DNA of 64,000 bases, taken from Eledone cirrhosa. Its lineage: Eukaryota. The number at the start of each line of letters is the position of its first letter. Within the stretch, counting starts at the first letter, position 1. The notes under the pieces are model-generated. The model had not been told where the DNA came from, did not search any database, and was given only the letters and a program-made list of their open reading frames with translations. Of the stretch, positions 12,992 to 26,519 are shown piece after piece. The stretch lies in assembly GCA_964016885.1 (NCBI GenBank), contig OZ024743.1, positions 297,786,001 to 297,850,000 of the forward strand. The letters are read 5' to 3'. Both the position numbers and the translations under genes were made by a program.

Positions 12992-13546
12992 AAAGATCTT
13001 CATTTTGAAGTAGATGTATCAAAATGTTTTTAAATTCATTCTATTTTCACTATATATCTTGCGTATTAGATAGTTATGTATATATAATTTTGCATTTATT
13101 AAAACAATATACATTCTATAGAGAGTTTACTTCATATATTTAACCGATACTTCAAGTTCTGTTATAAATACTGCTATCTAAACAAATAAAAATCACATCT
13201 TTTCTTCTGCTATTGCTACTTGTTCTCATTCACCATATATCGTAGATGAGATAGAGATTCATACATACACTACAAACTATCATACTAATCACCATAAACA
13301 ACCTTATTATTGATAATCTAATAGAAAATCATAGTAAAATAAAACAAGTTAATTGAAATCTACTGTGTTTTATTGAGTAATTGAAATATCAAACAATGAT
13401 AGTTCGATTAAAATCAAATAAATAAAATAGAAAATACATTATTGTAATTTTCGAAGAAAAACGGTTCGCAATCACGTCGAAACTTCCCAATAAGCGATGA
13501 AATGTAATTACAATTAGTAGCCTACCTTGTCCTGTTCTTATAAAAA

Positions 13547-14079
13547 CCCTAACCCTAACCCTAACCCTAACCCTAACCCTAACCCTAACCCTAACCCTAA
13601 CCCCAACCCTAACCCTAACCCTAACCCCAACCCTAAACCTAACCCTAACCCCAACCCTAACCCTAAGCCTAACCCAAACCCTAACCCTAACCCTAACCTC
13701 AAACCTAACCCTAACCCTAACCCCAACCCCAACCCTAACCCTAACCCCAACCCCAACCCCAACCCTAACCCTAACCCCAACCCCAACCCCAACCCCAACC
13801 CCAACCCTAACCCTAACCCTAGCCCTAACCCTAACCCTAACCCTAACCCCAACCCTAACCCTAACCCTAACCCTAACCCTAACCCCAACCCCAACCCTAA
13901 CCCCAACCCTAACCCTAACCCTAACCCTAACCCTAACCCCAACCCTAACCCTAACCCCAACCCTAACCCTAACCCTAACCCCAACCCTAACCCTAACCCT
14001 AACCCTAACCCTAACCCCAACCCTAACTCTAACCCTAACCCTAACCCTAACCCTAACCCTAACCCTAACCCTAACCCTT
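13547..14079 (+). repeat. Interstitial telomeric tract, 533 bp
   Basis: Direct; same junctions. Confidence 0.98.
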
Positions 14080-14959
14080 TACAATTCAAAAGGGAATATT
14101 TACAAAATTAGATGGAATCATGATGGCAGAATTTCCCTTAGATGCACGTAAAAGACGTGATAATAGAAATATTTCAAACCGAGCCGTCTTTAAAATATGG
14201 TGAGTATATTACTCCAGGCATCATTTGTATTACAGTAATACTACCATTGACAGAATTAACTTGTGCTAATAAAAGGTAACATTTTCACAATGAACGTTAC
14301 ATTTGTAAAACCTCTCTACTCAAATGCTTTCCTATGACGTTACAACATATATATTTTTATATTTAGATTGGACAAATTAGTTTAGCTTTTCTCACTTTAG
14401 TCAAGAAATGAGAACATCGCTAAAGAAGGAAATAAGCTGATATAGTAAGGTAGTGTTTAAGATAGTGTGTAAATAGTGTTGAAATCGAATGAAGAGGACA
14501 TTTGGTTAAACACTGAATGTGACTAATAATGGATTGAAATGCTCCAATTTTTACTTTCAGATCTCTAGCATTCCTGTACTTTCCATTTCTATTTCTTGAT
14601 AATCAAATGGTCTATTTTATTTTTAACATAGCAAGAAAGAGTTTCAATCTTGTAGTTTCGTTATTGTTTCTTTATATTTGTGAGATCATATCTAACAATG
14701 TATACAAACTATCTCTGAATATACTTTTAAAAGAATATATTGCATACATGAGTTCATGATAATTAGATGTAGTCATTGACGACAGGAAAGAAGCGCTGAG
14801 AGTGAGAGAAACTGGAAAACACGCAAAACCAAAGATATTGTTAGACAAATTATTGCCTTTTCAAATGAAAAATAATGAGAATAAAAGAATCGAGCGTGTA
14901 AGGAATTGAATATTAAATAAGACTTACTAGACTAAACTTAAATATTATGGCAAAAACTG

Positions 14960-15041
14960 CGACGAAGATGAGATTCAAACTCATGCGGCACGATCCCAAT
15001 GGTTTAGCAGTCCATCGCCTAAACCACTCGGCCACCTCGTC
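14960..15041 (-). tRNA. trnS-GCT: tRNA-Ser(GCT), probably defective
   Basis: Same lesions as copy at 2173. Confidence 0.8.
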
Positions 15042-15514
15042 AATTTTGATAAGAAAAGTGGAACTCTTCACATAGAAAACTGAAGTTTGAAATAAACGTT
15101 TATGAATATAATCGCTTGAAAGTTGATAATTGTGTGATAGAAGAATGTCAGCATTCTCATTCTATGATAGTATGGGAGAACGAAAGATTACCAACTATTT
15201 TAAAGTATGAAAGGAAATAATCACTAAAATTGTTTTAAGTTATTTTATGGTTGTGTTTAAGAAACCTAAGACTGGTTTTAAGGGAAGACAGATTGGAATT
15301 AAGATTTCCCCCAGACCAACATCGAATGATAACATCTTTTCTATGCTATTACAATTTACATGATTTCCAATGAAATTGAATTAAATATCCAAATGTTAGT
15401 TAATTTTCCGGACAAAATGTTGTCATTGACACGGAAGAATTAGTGTGACATTCAACGATAATATTGTCTAAAACATACATACACTAATTGAAATTGACAA
15501 CCTTTTACTAAACT

Positions 15515-15587
15515 GGGCTTGTGGCGCAATGGATAACGCGCCTGACTACGGATCAGGAGATTCCAGGTTCGACTCCTGGCAAGCTCG
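15515..15587 (+). tRNA. trnR-ACG: tRNA-Arg(ACG)
   Basis: Consensus cloverleaf. Confidence 0.94.
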
Positions 15588-17041
15588 AAAGACCTTCATT
15601 TTGAAGTAGATGTATCAAAATGTTTTTAAATTCATTTTATTTTCACTATATATCTTGCGTATTAGATAGTTATGTATATATAATTTTGCATTTATTAAAA
15701 CAATATACATTCTATAGAGAGTTTACTTCATATATTTAACCGATACTTCAAGTTCTGTTATAAATACTGCTATCTAAAACAAATAAAAATCACATCTTTT
15801 CTTCTGCTATTGCTACTTGTTCTCATTCACCATATATCGTAGATGAGATAGAGATTCATACATACACTACAAACTATCATACTAATCACCATAAATAACC
15901 TTATTATTGATAATCTAATAGAAAATCATAGTAAAATAAAACAAGTTAATTGAAATCTACTGTGTTTTATTGAGTAATTGAAATATCAAACAATGATAGT
16001 TCGATTAAAATCAAATAAATAAAATAGAAAATACATTATTGTAATTTTCGAAGAAAAACGGTTCGCAATCACGTCGAAACTTCCCAATAAGCGATGAAAT
16101 GTAATTACAATTAGTAGCCTACCTTGTCCTGTTCTTATAAAAAGACACATTTGAATCCCCATACAATTCAAAAGGGAATATTTACAAAATTAGATGGAAT
16201 CATGATGGCAGACTTTCCCTTAGATGCACGTAAAAGACGTGATAATAGAAATATTTCAAACCGAGCCGTCTTTAAAATATGGTGAGTATATTACTCCAGG
16301 CATCATTTGTATTACAGTAATACTACCATTGACAAAATTAACTTGTGTTAATAAAAGGTAACATTTTCACAATGAACGTTACATTTGTAAAACCTCTCTA
16401 CTCAAATGCTTTCCTGTGACGTTACAACATATATATTTTTATATTTAGATTGGACAAATTAGTTTAGCATTTCTCACTTTAGTCAAGAAATGAGAACATC
16501 GCTAAAGAAGGAAATAAGCTGATATAGTAAGGTAGTGTTTAAGATAGTGTGTAAATAGTGTTGAAATCGAATGAAGAGGACATTTGGTTAAACACTGAAT
16601 GTGACTAATAATGGATTGAAATGCTCCAATTTTTACTTTCAGATCTCTAGCATTCCTGTACTTTCCATTTCTATTTCTTGATAATCAAATGGTCTATTTT
16701 ATTTTTAACATAGCAAGAAAGAGTTTCAATCTTGTAGTTTCGTTATTGTTTCTTTATATTTGTGAGATCATATTTAACAATGTATACAAAATATCTCTGA
16801 ATATACTTTTAAAAGAATATATTGCATACATGAGTTCATGATAATTAGATGTAGTCATTGACGAGAGGAAAGAAGCGCTGAGAGTGAGAGAAACTGGAAA
16901 ACACGCAAAACCAAAGATATTGTTAGACAAATTATTGCCTTTTCAAATGAAAAATAATGAGAATAAAAGAATCGAGCGTGTAAGGAATTGAAGATTAAAT
17001 AAGACTTACTAGACTAAACTTAAATATTATGGCAAAAACTG

Positions 17042-17123
17042 CGACGAAGATGAGATTCAAACTCATGCGGCACGATCCCAATGGTTTAGCAGTCCATCGC
17101 CTAAACCACTCGGCGACCTCGTC
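17042..17123 (-). pseudogene. trnS-GCT: tRNA-Ser(GCT) probable pseudogene
   Basis: C56T, stem mismatch, plus A-box G9C. Confidence 0.75.
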
Positions 17124-17596
17124 AATTTTGATAAGAAAAGTGGAACTCTTCACATAGAAAACTGAAGTTTGAAATAAACGTTTATGAATATAATCGCTTG
17201 AAAGTTGATAATTTGGTGATAGAAGAATGTCAGCATTCTTATTCTATGATAGTATGGGAGAACGAAAGATTACCAACTATTTTAAAGTATGAAAGGAAAT
17301 AATCACTAAAATTGTTTTAAGTTATTTTATGGTTGTGTTTAAGAAACCTAAGACTGGTTTTAAGGGAAGACAGATTGGAATTAAGATTTCCCCCAGACCA
17401 ACATCGAATGATAACATCTTTTCTATGCTATTACAAATTACATGATTTCCAATGAAATTGAATTAAATATCCAAATGTTAGTTAATTTTCCGGACAAAAT
17501 GTTGTCATCGACACGGAAGAATTAGAGTGACATTCAAAGATAATATTGTCTAAAACATACATACACTAATTTAAATTGACAACCATTGACTAAACT

Positions 17597-17669
17597 GGGC
17601 TTGTGGCGCAATGGATAACGCGCCTGACTACGGATCAGGAGATTCCAGGTTCGACTCCTGGCAAGCTCG
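17597..17669 (+). tRNA. trnR-ACG: tRNA-Arg(ACG)
   Basis: Consensus cloverleaf. Confidence 0.94.
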
Positions 17670-19124
17670 AAAGACCTTCATTTTGAAGTAGATGTATCAA
17701 AATGTTTTTAAATTCATTTTATTTTCACTATATATCTTGCGTATTAGATAGTTATGTATATATAATTTTGCATTTATTAAAACAATATACATTCTATAGA
17801 GAGTTTACTTCATATATTTAACCGATACTTCAAGTTCTGTTATAAATACTGCTATCTAAAACAAATAAAAATCACATCTTTTCTTCTGCTATTGCTACTT
17901 GTTCTCATTCACCATATATCGTAGATGAGATAGAGATTCATACATACACTACAAACTATCATACTAATCACCATAAACAACCTTATTATTGATAATCTAA
18001 TAGAAAATCATAGTAAAATAAAACAAGTTAATTGAAATCTACTGTGTTTTATTGAGTAATTGAAATATCAAACAATGATAGTTCGATTAAAATCAAATAA
18101 ATAAAATAGAAAATACATTATTGTAATTTTCGAAGAAAAACGGTTCGCAATCACGTCGAAACTTCCCAATAAGCGATGAAATGTAATTACAATTAGTAGC
18201 CTACCTTGTCCTGTTCTTATAAAAAGACACATTTGAATCCCCATACAATTCAAAAGGGAATATTTACAAAATTAGATGGAATCATGATGGCAGACTTTCC
18301 CTTAGATGCACGTAAAAGACGTAATAATAGAAATATTTCAAACCGAGCCGTCTTTAAAATATGGTGAGTATATTACTCCAGGCATCATTTGTATTACAGT
18401 AATACTACCATTGACAAAATTAACTTGTGTTAATAAAAGGTAACATTTTCACAATGAACGTTACATTTGTAAAACCTCTCTACTCAAATGCTTTCCTGTG
18501 ACGTTACAACATATATATTTTTATATTTAGATTGGACAAATTAGTTTAGCATTTCTCACTTTAGTCAAGAAATGAGAACATCGCTAAAGAAGGAAATAAG
18601 CTGATATAGTAAGGTAGTGTTTAAGATAGTGTGTAAATAGTGTTGAAATCGAATGAAGAGGACATTTGGTTAAACACTGAATGTGACTAATAATGGATTG
18701 AAATGCTCCAATTTTTACTTTCAGATCTCTAGCATTCCTGTACTTTCCATTTCTATTTCTTGATAAATCAAATGGTCTATTTTATTTTTAACATAGCAAG
18801 AAAGAGTTTCAATCTTGTAGTTTCGTTATTGTTTCGTTATATTTGTGAGATCATATCTAACAATGTATACAAAATATCTCTGAATATACTTTTAAAAGAA
18901 TATATTGCATACATGAGTTCATGATAATTAGATGTAGTCATTGACGAGAGGAAAGAAGCGCTGAGAGTGAGAGAAACTGGAAAACACGCAAAACCAAAGA
19001 TATTGTTAGACAAATTATTGCCTTTTCAAATGAAAAATAATGAGAATAAAAGAATCGAGCGTGTAAGGAATTGAAGATTAAATAAGACTTACTAGACTAA
19101 ACTTAGATATTATGGCAAAAACTG

Positions 19125-19206
19125 CGACGAAGATGAGATTCAAACTCATGCGGCACGATCCCAATGGTTTAGCAGTGCATCGCCTAAACCACTCGGCGAC
19201 CTCGTC
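19125..19206 (-). pseudogene. trnS-GCT: tRNA-Ser(GCT) probable pseudogene
   Basis: C56T, G9C, two anticodon-stem mismatches (ATGCA/ACCAT). Confidence 0.8.
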
Positions 19207-19679
19207 AATTTTGATGAGAAAAGTGGAACTCTTCACATAGAAAACTGAAGTTTGAAATAAACGTTTATGAATATAATCGCTTGAAAGTTGATAATTTGGT
19301 GATAGAAGAATGTCAGCATTCTTATTCTATGATAGTATGGGAGAACGAAAGATTACCAACTATTTTAAAGTATGAAAGGAAATAATCACTAAAATTGTTT
19401 TAAGTTATTTTATGGTTGTGTTTAAGAAACCTAAGACTGGTTTTAAGGGAAGACAGATTGGAATTAAGATTTCCCCCAGACCAACATCGAATGATAACAT
19501 CTTTTCTATGCTATTACAACTTACATGATTTCCAGTGAAATTGAATTAAATATCCAAATGTTAGTTAATTTTCCGGACAAAATGTTGTCATCGACACGGA
19601 AGAATTAGAGTGACATTCAACGATAATATTGTCTAAAACATACATACACTAATTTAAATTGACAACCATTGACTGAACT

Positions 19680-19752
19680 GGGCTTGTGGCGCAATGGATA
19701 ACGCGCCTGACTACGGATCAGGAGATTCCGGGTTCGAATCCTGGCAGGCTCG
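19680..19752 (+). tRNA. trnR-ACG: tRNA-Arg(ACG) isodecoder variant
   Basis: T-arm CCGGG-TTCGAAT-CCTGG, acceptor CAGGCTC; pairing kept by G-U. Confidence 0.9.
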
Positions 19753-20307
19753 AAAGATCTTCATTTTGAAGTAGATGTATCAAAATGTTTTTAAATTCAT
19801 TCTATTTTCACTATATATCTTGCGTATTAGATAGTTATGTATATATAATTTTGCATTTATTAAAACAATATACATTCTATAGAGAGTTTACTTCATATAT
19901 TTAACCGATACTTCAAGTTCTGTTATAAATACTGCTATCTAAACAAATAAAAATCACATCTTTTCTTCTGCTATTGCTACTTGTTCTCATTCACCATATA
20001 TCGTAGATGAGATAGAGATTCATACATACACTACAAACTATCATACTAATCACCATAAACAACCTTATTATTGATAATCTAATAGAAAATCATAGTAAAA
20101 TAAAACAAGTTAATTGAAATCTACTGTGTTTTATTGAGTAATTGAAATATCAAACAATGATAGTTCGATTAAAATCAAATAAATAAAATAGAAAATACAT
20201 TATTGTAATTTTCGAAGAAAAACGGTTCGCAATCACGTCGAAACTTCCCAATAAGCGATGAAATGTAATTACAATTAGTAGCCTACCTTGTCCTGTTCTT
20301 ATAAAAA

Positions 20308-20846
20308 CCCTAACCCTAACCCTAACCCTAACCCTAACCCTAACCCTAACCCTAACCCTAACCCTAACCCCAACCCTAACCCTAACCCTAACCCCAACCC
20401 TAAACCTAACCCTAACCCCAACCCTAACCCTAAGCCTAACCCAAACCCTAACCCTAACCCTAACCTCAAACCTAACCCTAACCCTAACCCCAACCCCAAC
20501 CCTAACCCTAACCCCAACCCCAACCCCAACCCTAACCCTAACCCCAACCCCAACCCCAACCCCAACCCCAACCCTAACCCTAACCCTAGCCCTAACCCTA
20601 ACCCTAACCCTAACCCCAACCCTAACCCTAACCCTAACCCTAACCCTAACCCCAACCCCAACCCTAACCCCAACCCTAACCCTAACCCTAACCCTAACCC
20701 TAACCCCAACCCTAACCCTAACCCCAACCCTAACCCTAACCCTAACCCCAACCCTAACCCTAACCCTAACCCTAACCCTAACCCCAACCCTAACTCTAAC
20801 CCTAACCCTAACCCTAACCCTAACCCTAACCCTAACCCTAACCCTT
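20308..20846 (+). repeat. Interstitial telomeric tract, 539 bp
   Basis: Direct; same junctions; variants shared with tract at 13547. Confidence 0.98.
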
Positions 20847-21726
20847 TACAATTCAAAAGGGAATATTTACAAAATTAGATGGAATCATGATGGCAGAATT
20901 TCCCTTAGATGCACGTAAAAGACGTGATAATAGAAATATTTCAAACCGAGCCGTCTTTAAAATATGGTGAGTATATTACTCCAGGCATCATTTGTATTAC
21001 AGTAATACTACCATTGACAGAATTAACTTGTGCTAATAAAAGGTAACATTTTCACAATGAACGTTACATTTGTAAAACCTCTCTACTCAAATGCTTTCCT
21101 ATGACGTTACAACATATATATTTTTATATTTAGATTGGACAAATTAGTTTAGCTTTTCTCACTTTAGTCAAGAAATGAGAACATCGCTAAAGAAGGAAAT
21201 AAGCTGATATAGTAAGGTAGTGTTTAAGATAGTGTGTAAATAGTGTTGAAATCGAATGAAGAGGACATTTGGTTAAACACTGAATGTGACTAATAATGGA
21301 TTGAAATGCTCCAATTTTTACTTTCAGATCTCTAGCATTCCTGTACTTTCCATTTCTATTTCTTGATAATCAAATGGTCTATTTTATTTTTAACATAGCA
21401 AGAAAGAGTTTCAATCTTGTAGTTTCGTTATTGTTTCTTTATATTTGTGAGATCATATCTAACAATGTATACAAACTATCTCTGAATATACTTTTAAAAG
21501 AATATATTGCATACATGAGTTCATGATAATTAGATGTAGTCATTGACGAGAGGAAAGAAGCGCTGAGAGTGAGAGAAACTGGAAAACACGCAAAACCAAA
21601 GATATTGTTAGACAAATTATTGCCTTTTCAAATGAAAAATAATGAGAATAAAAGAATCGAGCGTGTAAGGAATTGAATATTAAATAAGACTTACTAGACT
21701 AAACTTAAATATTATGGCAAAAACTG

Positions 21727-21808
21727 CGACGAAGATGAGATTCAAACTCATGCGGCACGATCCCAATGGTTTAGCAGTCCATCGCCTAAACCACTCGGCC
21801 ACCTCGTC
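21727..21808 (-). tRNA. trnS-GCT: tRNA-Ser(GCT), probably defective
   Basis: Same lesions as copy at 2173. Confidence 0.8.
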
Positions 21809-22281
21809 AATTTTGATAAGAAAAGTGGAACTCTTCACATAGAAAACTGAAGTTTGAAATAAACGTTTATGAATATAATCGCTTGAAAGTTGATAATTGT
21901 GTGATAGAAGAATGTCAGCATTCTTATTCTATGATAGTATGGGAGAACGAAAGATTACCAACTATTTTAAAGTATGAAAGGAAATAATCACTAAAATTGT
22001 TTTAAGTTATTTTATGGTTGTGTTTAAGAAACCTAAGACTGGTTTTAAGGGAAGACAGATTGGAATTAAGATTTCCCCCAGGCCAACATCGAATGATAAC
22101 ATCTTTTCTATGCTATTACAATTTACATGATTTCCAATGAAATTGAATTAAATATCCAAATGTTAGTTAATTTTCCGGACAAAATGTTGTCATCGACACG
22201 GAAGAATTAGTGTGACATTCAACGATAATATTGTCTAAAACATACATACACTAATTGAAATTGACAACCTTTTACTAAACT

Positions 22282-22354
22282 GGGCTTGTGGCGCAATGGA
22301 TAACGCGCCTGACTACGGATCAGGAGATTCCAGGTTCGACTCCTGGCAAGCTCG
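22282..22354 (+). tRNA. trnR-ACG: tRNA-Arg(ACG)
   Basis: Consensus cloverleaf. Confidence 0.94.
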
Positions 22355-23808
22355 AAAGACCTTCATTTTGAAGTAGATGTATCAAAATGTTTTTAAATTC
22401 ATTTTATTTTCACTATATATCTTGCGTATTAGATAGTTATGTATATATAATTTTGCATTTATTAAAACAATATACATTCTATAGAGAGTTTACTTCATAT
22501 ATTTAACCGATACTTCAAGTTCTGTTATAAATACTGCTATCTAAAACAAATAAAAATCACATCTTTTCTTCTGCTATTGCTACTTGTTCTCATTCACCAT
22601 ATATCGTAGATGAGATAGAGATTCATACATACACTACAAACTATCATACTAATCACCATAAATAACCTTATTATTGATAATCTAATAGAAAATCATAGTA
22701 AAATAAAACAAGTTAATTGAAATCTACTGTGTTTTATTGAGTAATTGAAATATCAAACAATGATAGTTCGATTAAAATCAAATAAATAAAATAGAAAATA
22801 CATTATTGTAATTTTCGAAGAAAAACGGTTCGCAATCACGTCGAAACTTCCCAATAAGCGATGAAATGTAATTACAATTAGTAGCCTACCTTGTCCTGTT
22901 CTTATAAAAAGACACATTTGAATCCCCATACAATTCAAAAGGGAATATTTACAAAATTAGATGGAATCATGATGGCAGACTTTCCCTTAGATGCACGTAA
23001 AAGACGTGATAATAGAAATATTTCAAACCGAGCCGTCTTTAAAATATGGTGAGTATATTACTCCAGGCATCATTTGTATTACAGTAATACTACCATTGAC
23101 AAAATTAACTTGTGTTAATAAAAGGTAACATTTTCACAATGAACGTTACATTTGTAAAACCTCTCTACTCAAATGCTTTCCTGTGACGTTACAACATATA
23201 TATTTTTATATTTAGATTGGACAAATTAGTTTAGCATTTCTCACTTTAGTCAAGAAATGAGAACATCGCTAAAGAAGGAAATAAGCTGATATAGTAAGGT
23301 AGTGTTTAAGATAGTGTGTAAATAGTGTTGAAATCGAATGAAGAGGACATTTGGTTAAACACTGAATGTGACTAATAATGGATTGAAATGCTCCAATTTT
23401 TACTTTCAGATCTCTAGCATTCCTGTACTTTCCATTTCTATTTCTTGATAATCAAATGGTCTATTTTATTTTTAACATAGCAAGAAAGAGTTTCAATCTT
23501 GTAGTTTCGTTATTGTTTCTTTATATTTGTGAGATCATATTTAACAATGTATACAAAATATCTCTGAATATACTTTTAAAAGAATATATTGCATACATGA
23601 GTTCATGATAATTAGATGTAGTCATTGACGAGAGGAAAGAAGCGCTGAGAGTGAGAGAAACTGGAAAACACGCAAAACCAAAGATATTGTTAGACAAATT
23701 ATTGCCTTTTCAAATGAAAAATAATGAGAATAAAAGAATCGAGCGTGTAAGGAATTGAAGATTAAATAAGACTTACTAGACTAAACTTAAATATTATGGC
23801 AAAAACTG

Positions 23809-23890
23809 CGACGAAGATGAGATTCAAACTCATGCGGCACGATCCCAATGGTTTAGCAGTCCATCGCCTAAACCACTCGGCGACCTCGTC
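23809..23890 (-). pseudogene. trnS-GCT: tRNA-Ser(GCT) probable pseudogene
   Basis: C56T, stem mismatch, G9C. Confidence 0.75.
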
Positions 23891-24363
23891 AATTTTGATA
23901 AGAAAAGTGGAACTCTTCACATAGAAAACTGAAGTTTGAAATAAACGTTTATGAATATAATCGCTTGAAAGTTGATAATTTGGTGATAGAAGAATGTCAG
24001 CATTCTTATTCTATGATAGTATGGGAGAACGAAAGATTACCAACTATTTTAAAGTATGAAAGGAAATAATCACTAAAATTGTTTTAAGTTATTTTATGGT
24101 TGTGTTTAAGAAACCTAAGACTGGTTTTAAGGGAAGACAGATTGGAATTAAGATTTCCCCCAGACCAACATCGAATGATAACATCTTTTCTATGCTATTA
24201 CAAATTACATGATTTCCAATGAAATTGAATTAAATATCCAAATGTTAGTTAATTTTCCGGACAAAATGTTGTCATCGACACGGAAGAATTAGAGTGACAT
24301 TCAAAGATAATATTGTCTAAAACATACATACACTAATTTAAATTGACAACCATTGACTAAACT

Positions 24364-24436
24364 GGGCTTGTGGCGCAATGGATAACGCGCCTGACTACGG
24401 ATCAGGAGATTCCAGGTTCGACTCCTGGCAAGCTCG
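24364..24436 (+). tRNA. trnR-ACG: tRNA-Arg(ACG)
   Basis: Consensus cloverleaf. Confidence 0.94.
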
Positions 24437-25891
24437 AAAGACCTTCATTTTGAAGTAGATGTATCAAAATGTTTTTAAATTCATTTTATTTTCACTATAT
24501 ATCTTGCGTATTAGATAGTTATGTATATATAATTTTGCATTTATTAAAACAATATACATTCTATAGAGAGTTTACTTCATATATTTAACCGATACTTCAA
24601 GTTCTGTTATAAATACTGCTATCTAAAACAAATAAAAATCACATCTTTTCTTCTGCTATTGCTACTTGTTCTCATTCACCATATATCGTAGATGAGATAG
24701 AGATTCATACATACACTACAAACTATCATACTAATCACCATAAACAACCTTATTATTGATAATCTAATAGAAAATCATAGTAAAATAAAACAAGTTAATT
24801 GAAATCTACTGTGTTTTATTGAGTAATTGAAATATCAAACAATGATAGTTCGATTAAAATCAAATAAATAAAATAGAAAATACATTATTGTAATTTTCGA
24901 AGAAAAACGGTTCGCAATCACGTCGAAACTTCCCAATAAGCGATGAAATGTAATTACAATTAGTAGCCTACCTTGTCCTGTTCTTATAAAAAGACACATT
25001 TGAATCCCCATACAATTCAAAAGGGAATATTTACAAAATTAGATGGAATCATGATGGCAGACTTTCCCTTAGATGCACGTAAAAGACGTAATAATAGAAA
25101 TATTTCAAACCGAGCCGTCTTTAAAATATGGTGAGTATATTACTCCAGGCATCATTTGTATTACAGTAATACTACCATTGACAAAATTAACTTGTGTTAA
25201 TAAAAGGTAACATTTTCACAATGAACGTTACATTTGTAAAACCTCTCTACTCAAATGCTTTCCTGTGACGTTACAACATATATATTTTTATATTTAGATT
25301 GGACAAATTAGTTTAGCATTTCTCACTTTAGTCAAGAAATGAGAACATCGCTAAAGAAGGAAATAAGCTGATATAGTAAGGTAGTGTTTAAGATAGTGTG
25401 TAAATAGTGTTGAAATCGAATGAAGAGGACATTTGGTTAAACACTGAATGTGACTAATAATGGATTGAAATGCTCCAATTTTTACTTTCAGATCTCTAGC
25501 ATTCCTGTACTTTCCATTTCTATTTCTTGATAAATCAAATGGTCTATTTTATTTTTAACATAGCAAGAAAGAGTTTCAATCTTGTAGTTTCGTTATTGTT
25601 TCTTTATATTTGTGAGATCATATCTAACAATGTATACAAAATATCTCTGAATATACTTTTAAAAGAATATATTGCATACATGAGTTCATGATAATTAGAT
25701 GTAGTCATTGACGAGAGGAAAGAAGCGCTGAGAGTGAGAGAAACTGGAAAACACGCAAAACCAAAGATATTGTTAGACAAATTATTGCCTTTTCAAATGA
25801 AAAATAATGAGAATAAAAGAATCGAGCGTGTAAGGAATTGAAGATTAAATAAGACTTACTAGACTAAACTTAGATATTATGGCAAAAACTG

Positions 25892-25973
25892 CGACGAAGA
25901 TGAGATTCAAACTCATGCGGCACGATCCCAATGGTTTAGCAGTGCATCGCCTAAACCACTCGGCGACCTCGTC
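25892..25973 (-). pseudogene. trnS-GCT: tRNA-Ser(GCT) probable pseudogene
   Basis: C56T, G9C, two stem mismatches. Confidence 0.8.
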
Positions 25974-26446
25974 AATTTTGATGAGAAAAGTGGAACTCTT
26001 CACATAGAAAACTGAAGTTTGAAATAAACGTTTATGAATATAATCGCTTGAAAGTTGATAATTTGGTGATAGAAGAATGTCAGCATTCTTATTCTATGAT
26101 AGTATGGGAGAACGAAAGATTACCAACTATTTTAAAGTATGAAAGGAAATAATCACTAAAATTGTTTTAAGTTATTTTATGGTTGTGTTTAAGAAACCTA
26201 AGACTGGTTTTAAGGGAAGACAGATTGGAATTAAGATTTCCCCCAGACCAACATCGAATGATAACATCTTTTCTATGCTATTACAACTTACATGATTTCC
26301 AGTGAAATTGAATTAAATATCCAAATGTTAGTTAATTTTCCGGACAAAATGTTGTCATCGACACGGAAGAATTAGAGTGACATTCAACGATAATATTGTC
26401 TAAAACATACATACACTAATTTAAATTGACAACCATTGACTAAACT

Positions 26447-26519
26447 GGGCTTGTGGCGCAATGGATAACGCGCCTGACTACGGATCAGGAGATTCCACGT
26501 TCGACTCCTGGCAAGCTCG
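26447..26519 (+). tRNA. trnR-ACG: tRNA-Arg(ACG) variant
   Basis: G52C T-stem mismatch (CCACG). Confidence 0.8.

Noticed and set aside
16060-16165. Third degenerate tRNA suggested by GGTTCGCAATC and TTTGAATCCCC B-box-like words
   Set aside because: No cloverleaf or correctly spaced A-box; words not preserved in the right array
772-20846. True chromosome end or telomere-telomere fusion
   Set aside because: Every tract is flanked on both sides by unit sequence and none shows a head-to-head TTAGGG/CCCTAA switch
752-20878. Poly-NP, poly-GL and poly-LT ORFs over the telomeric tracts
   Set aside because: Stop-free frames of a hexamer repeat; starts are TTG, not ATG; frame is broken in the second tract
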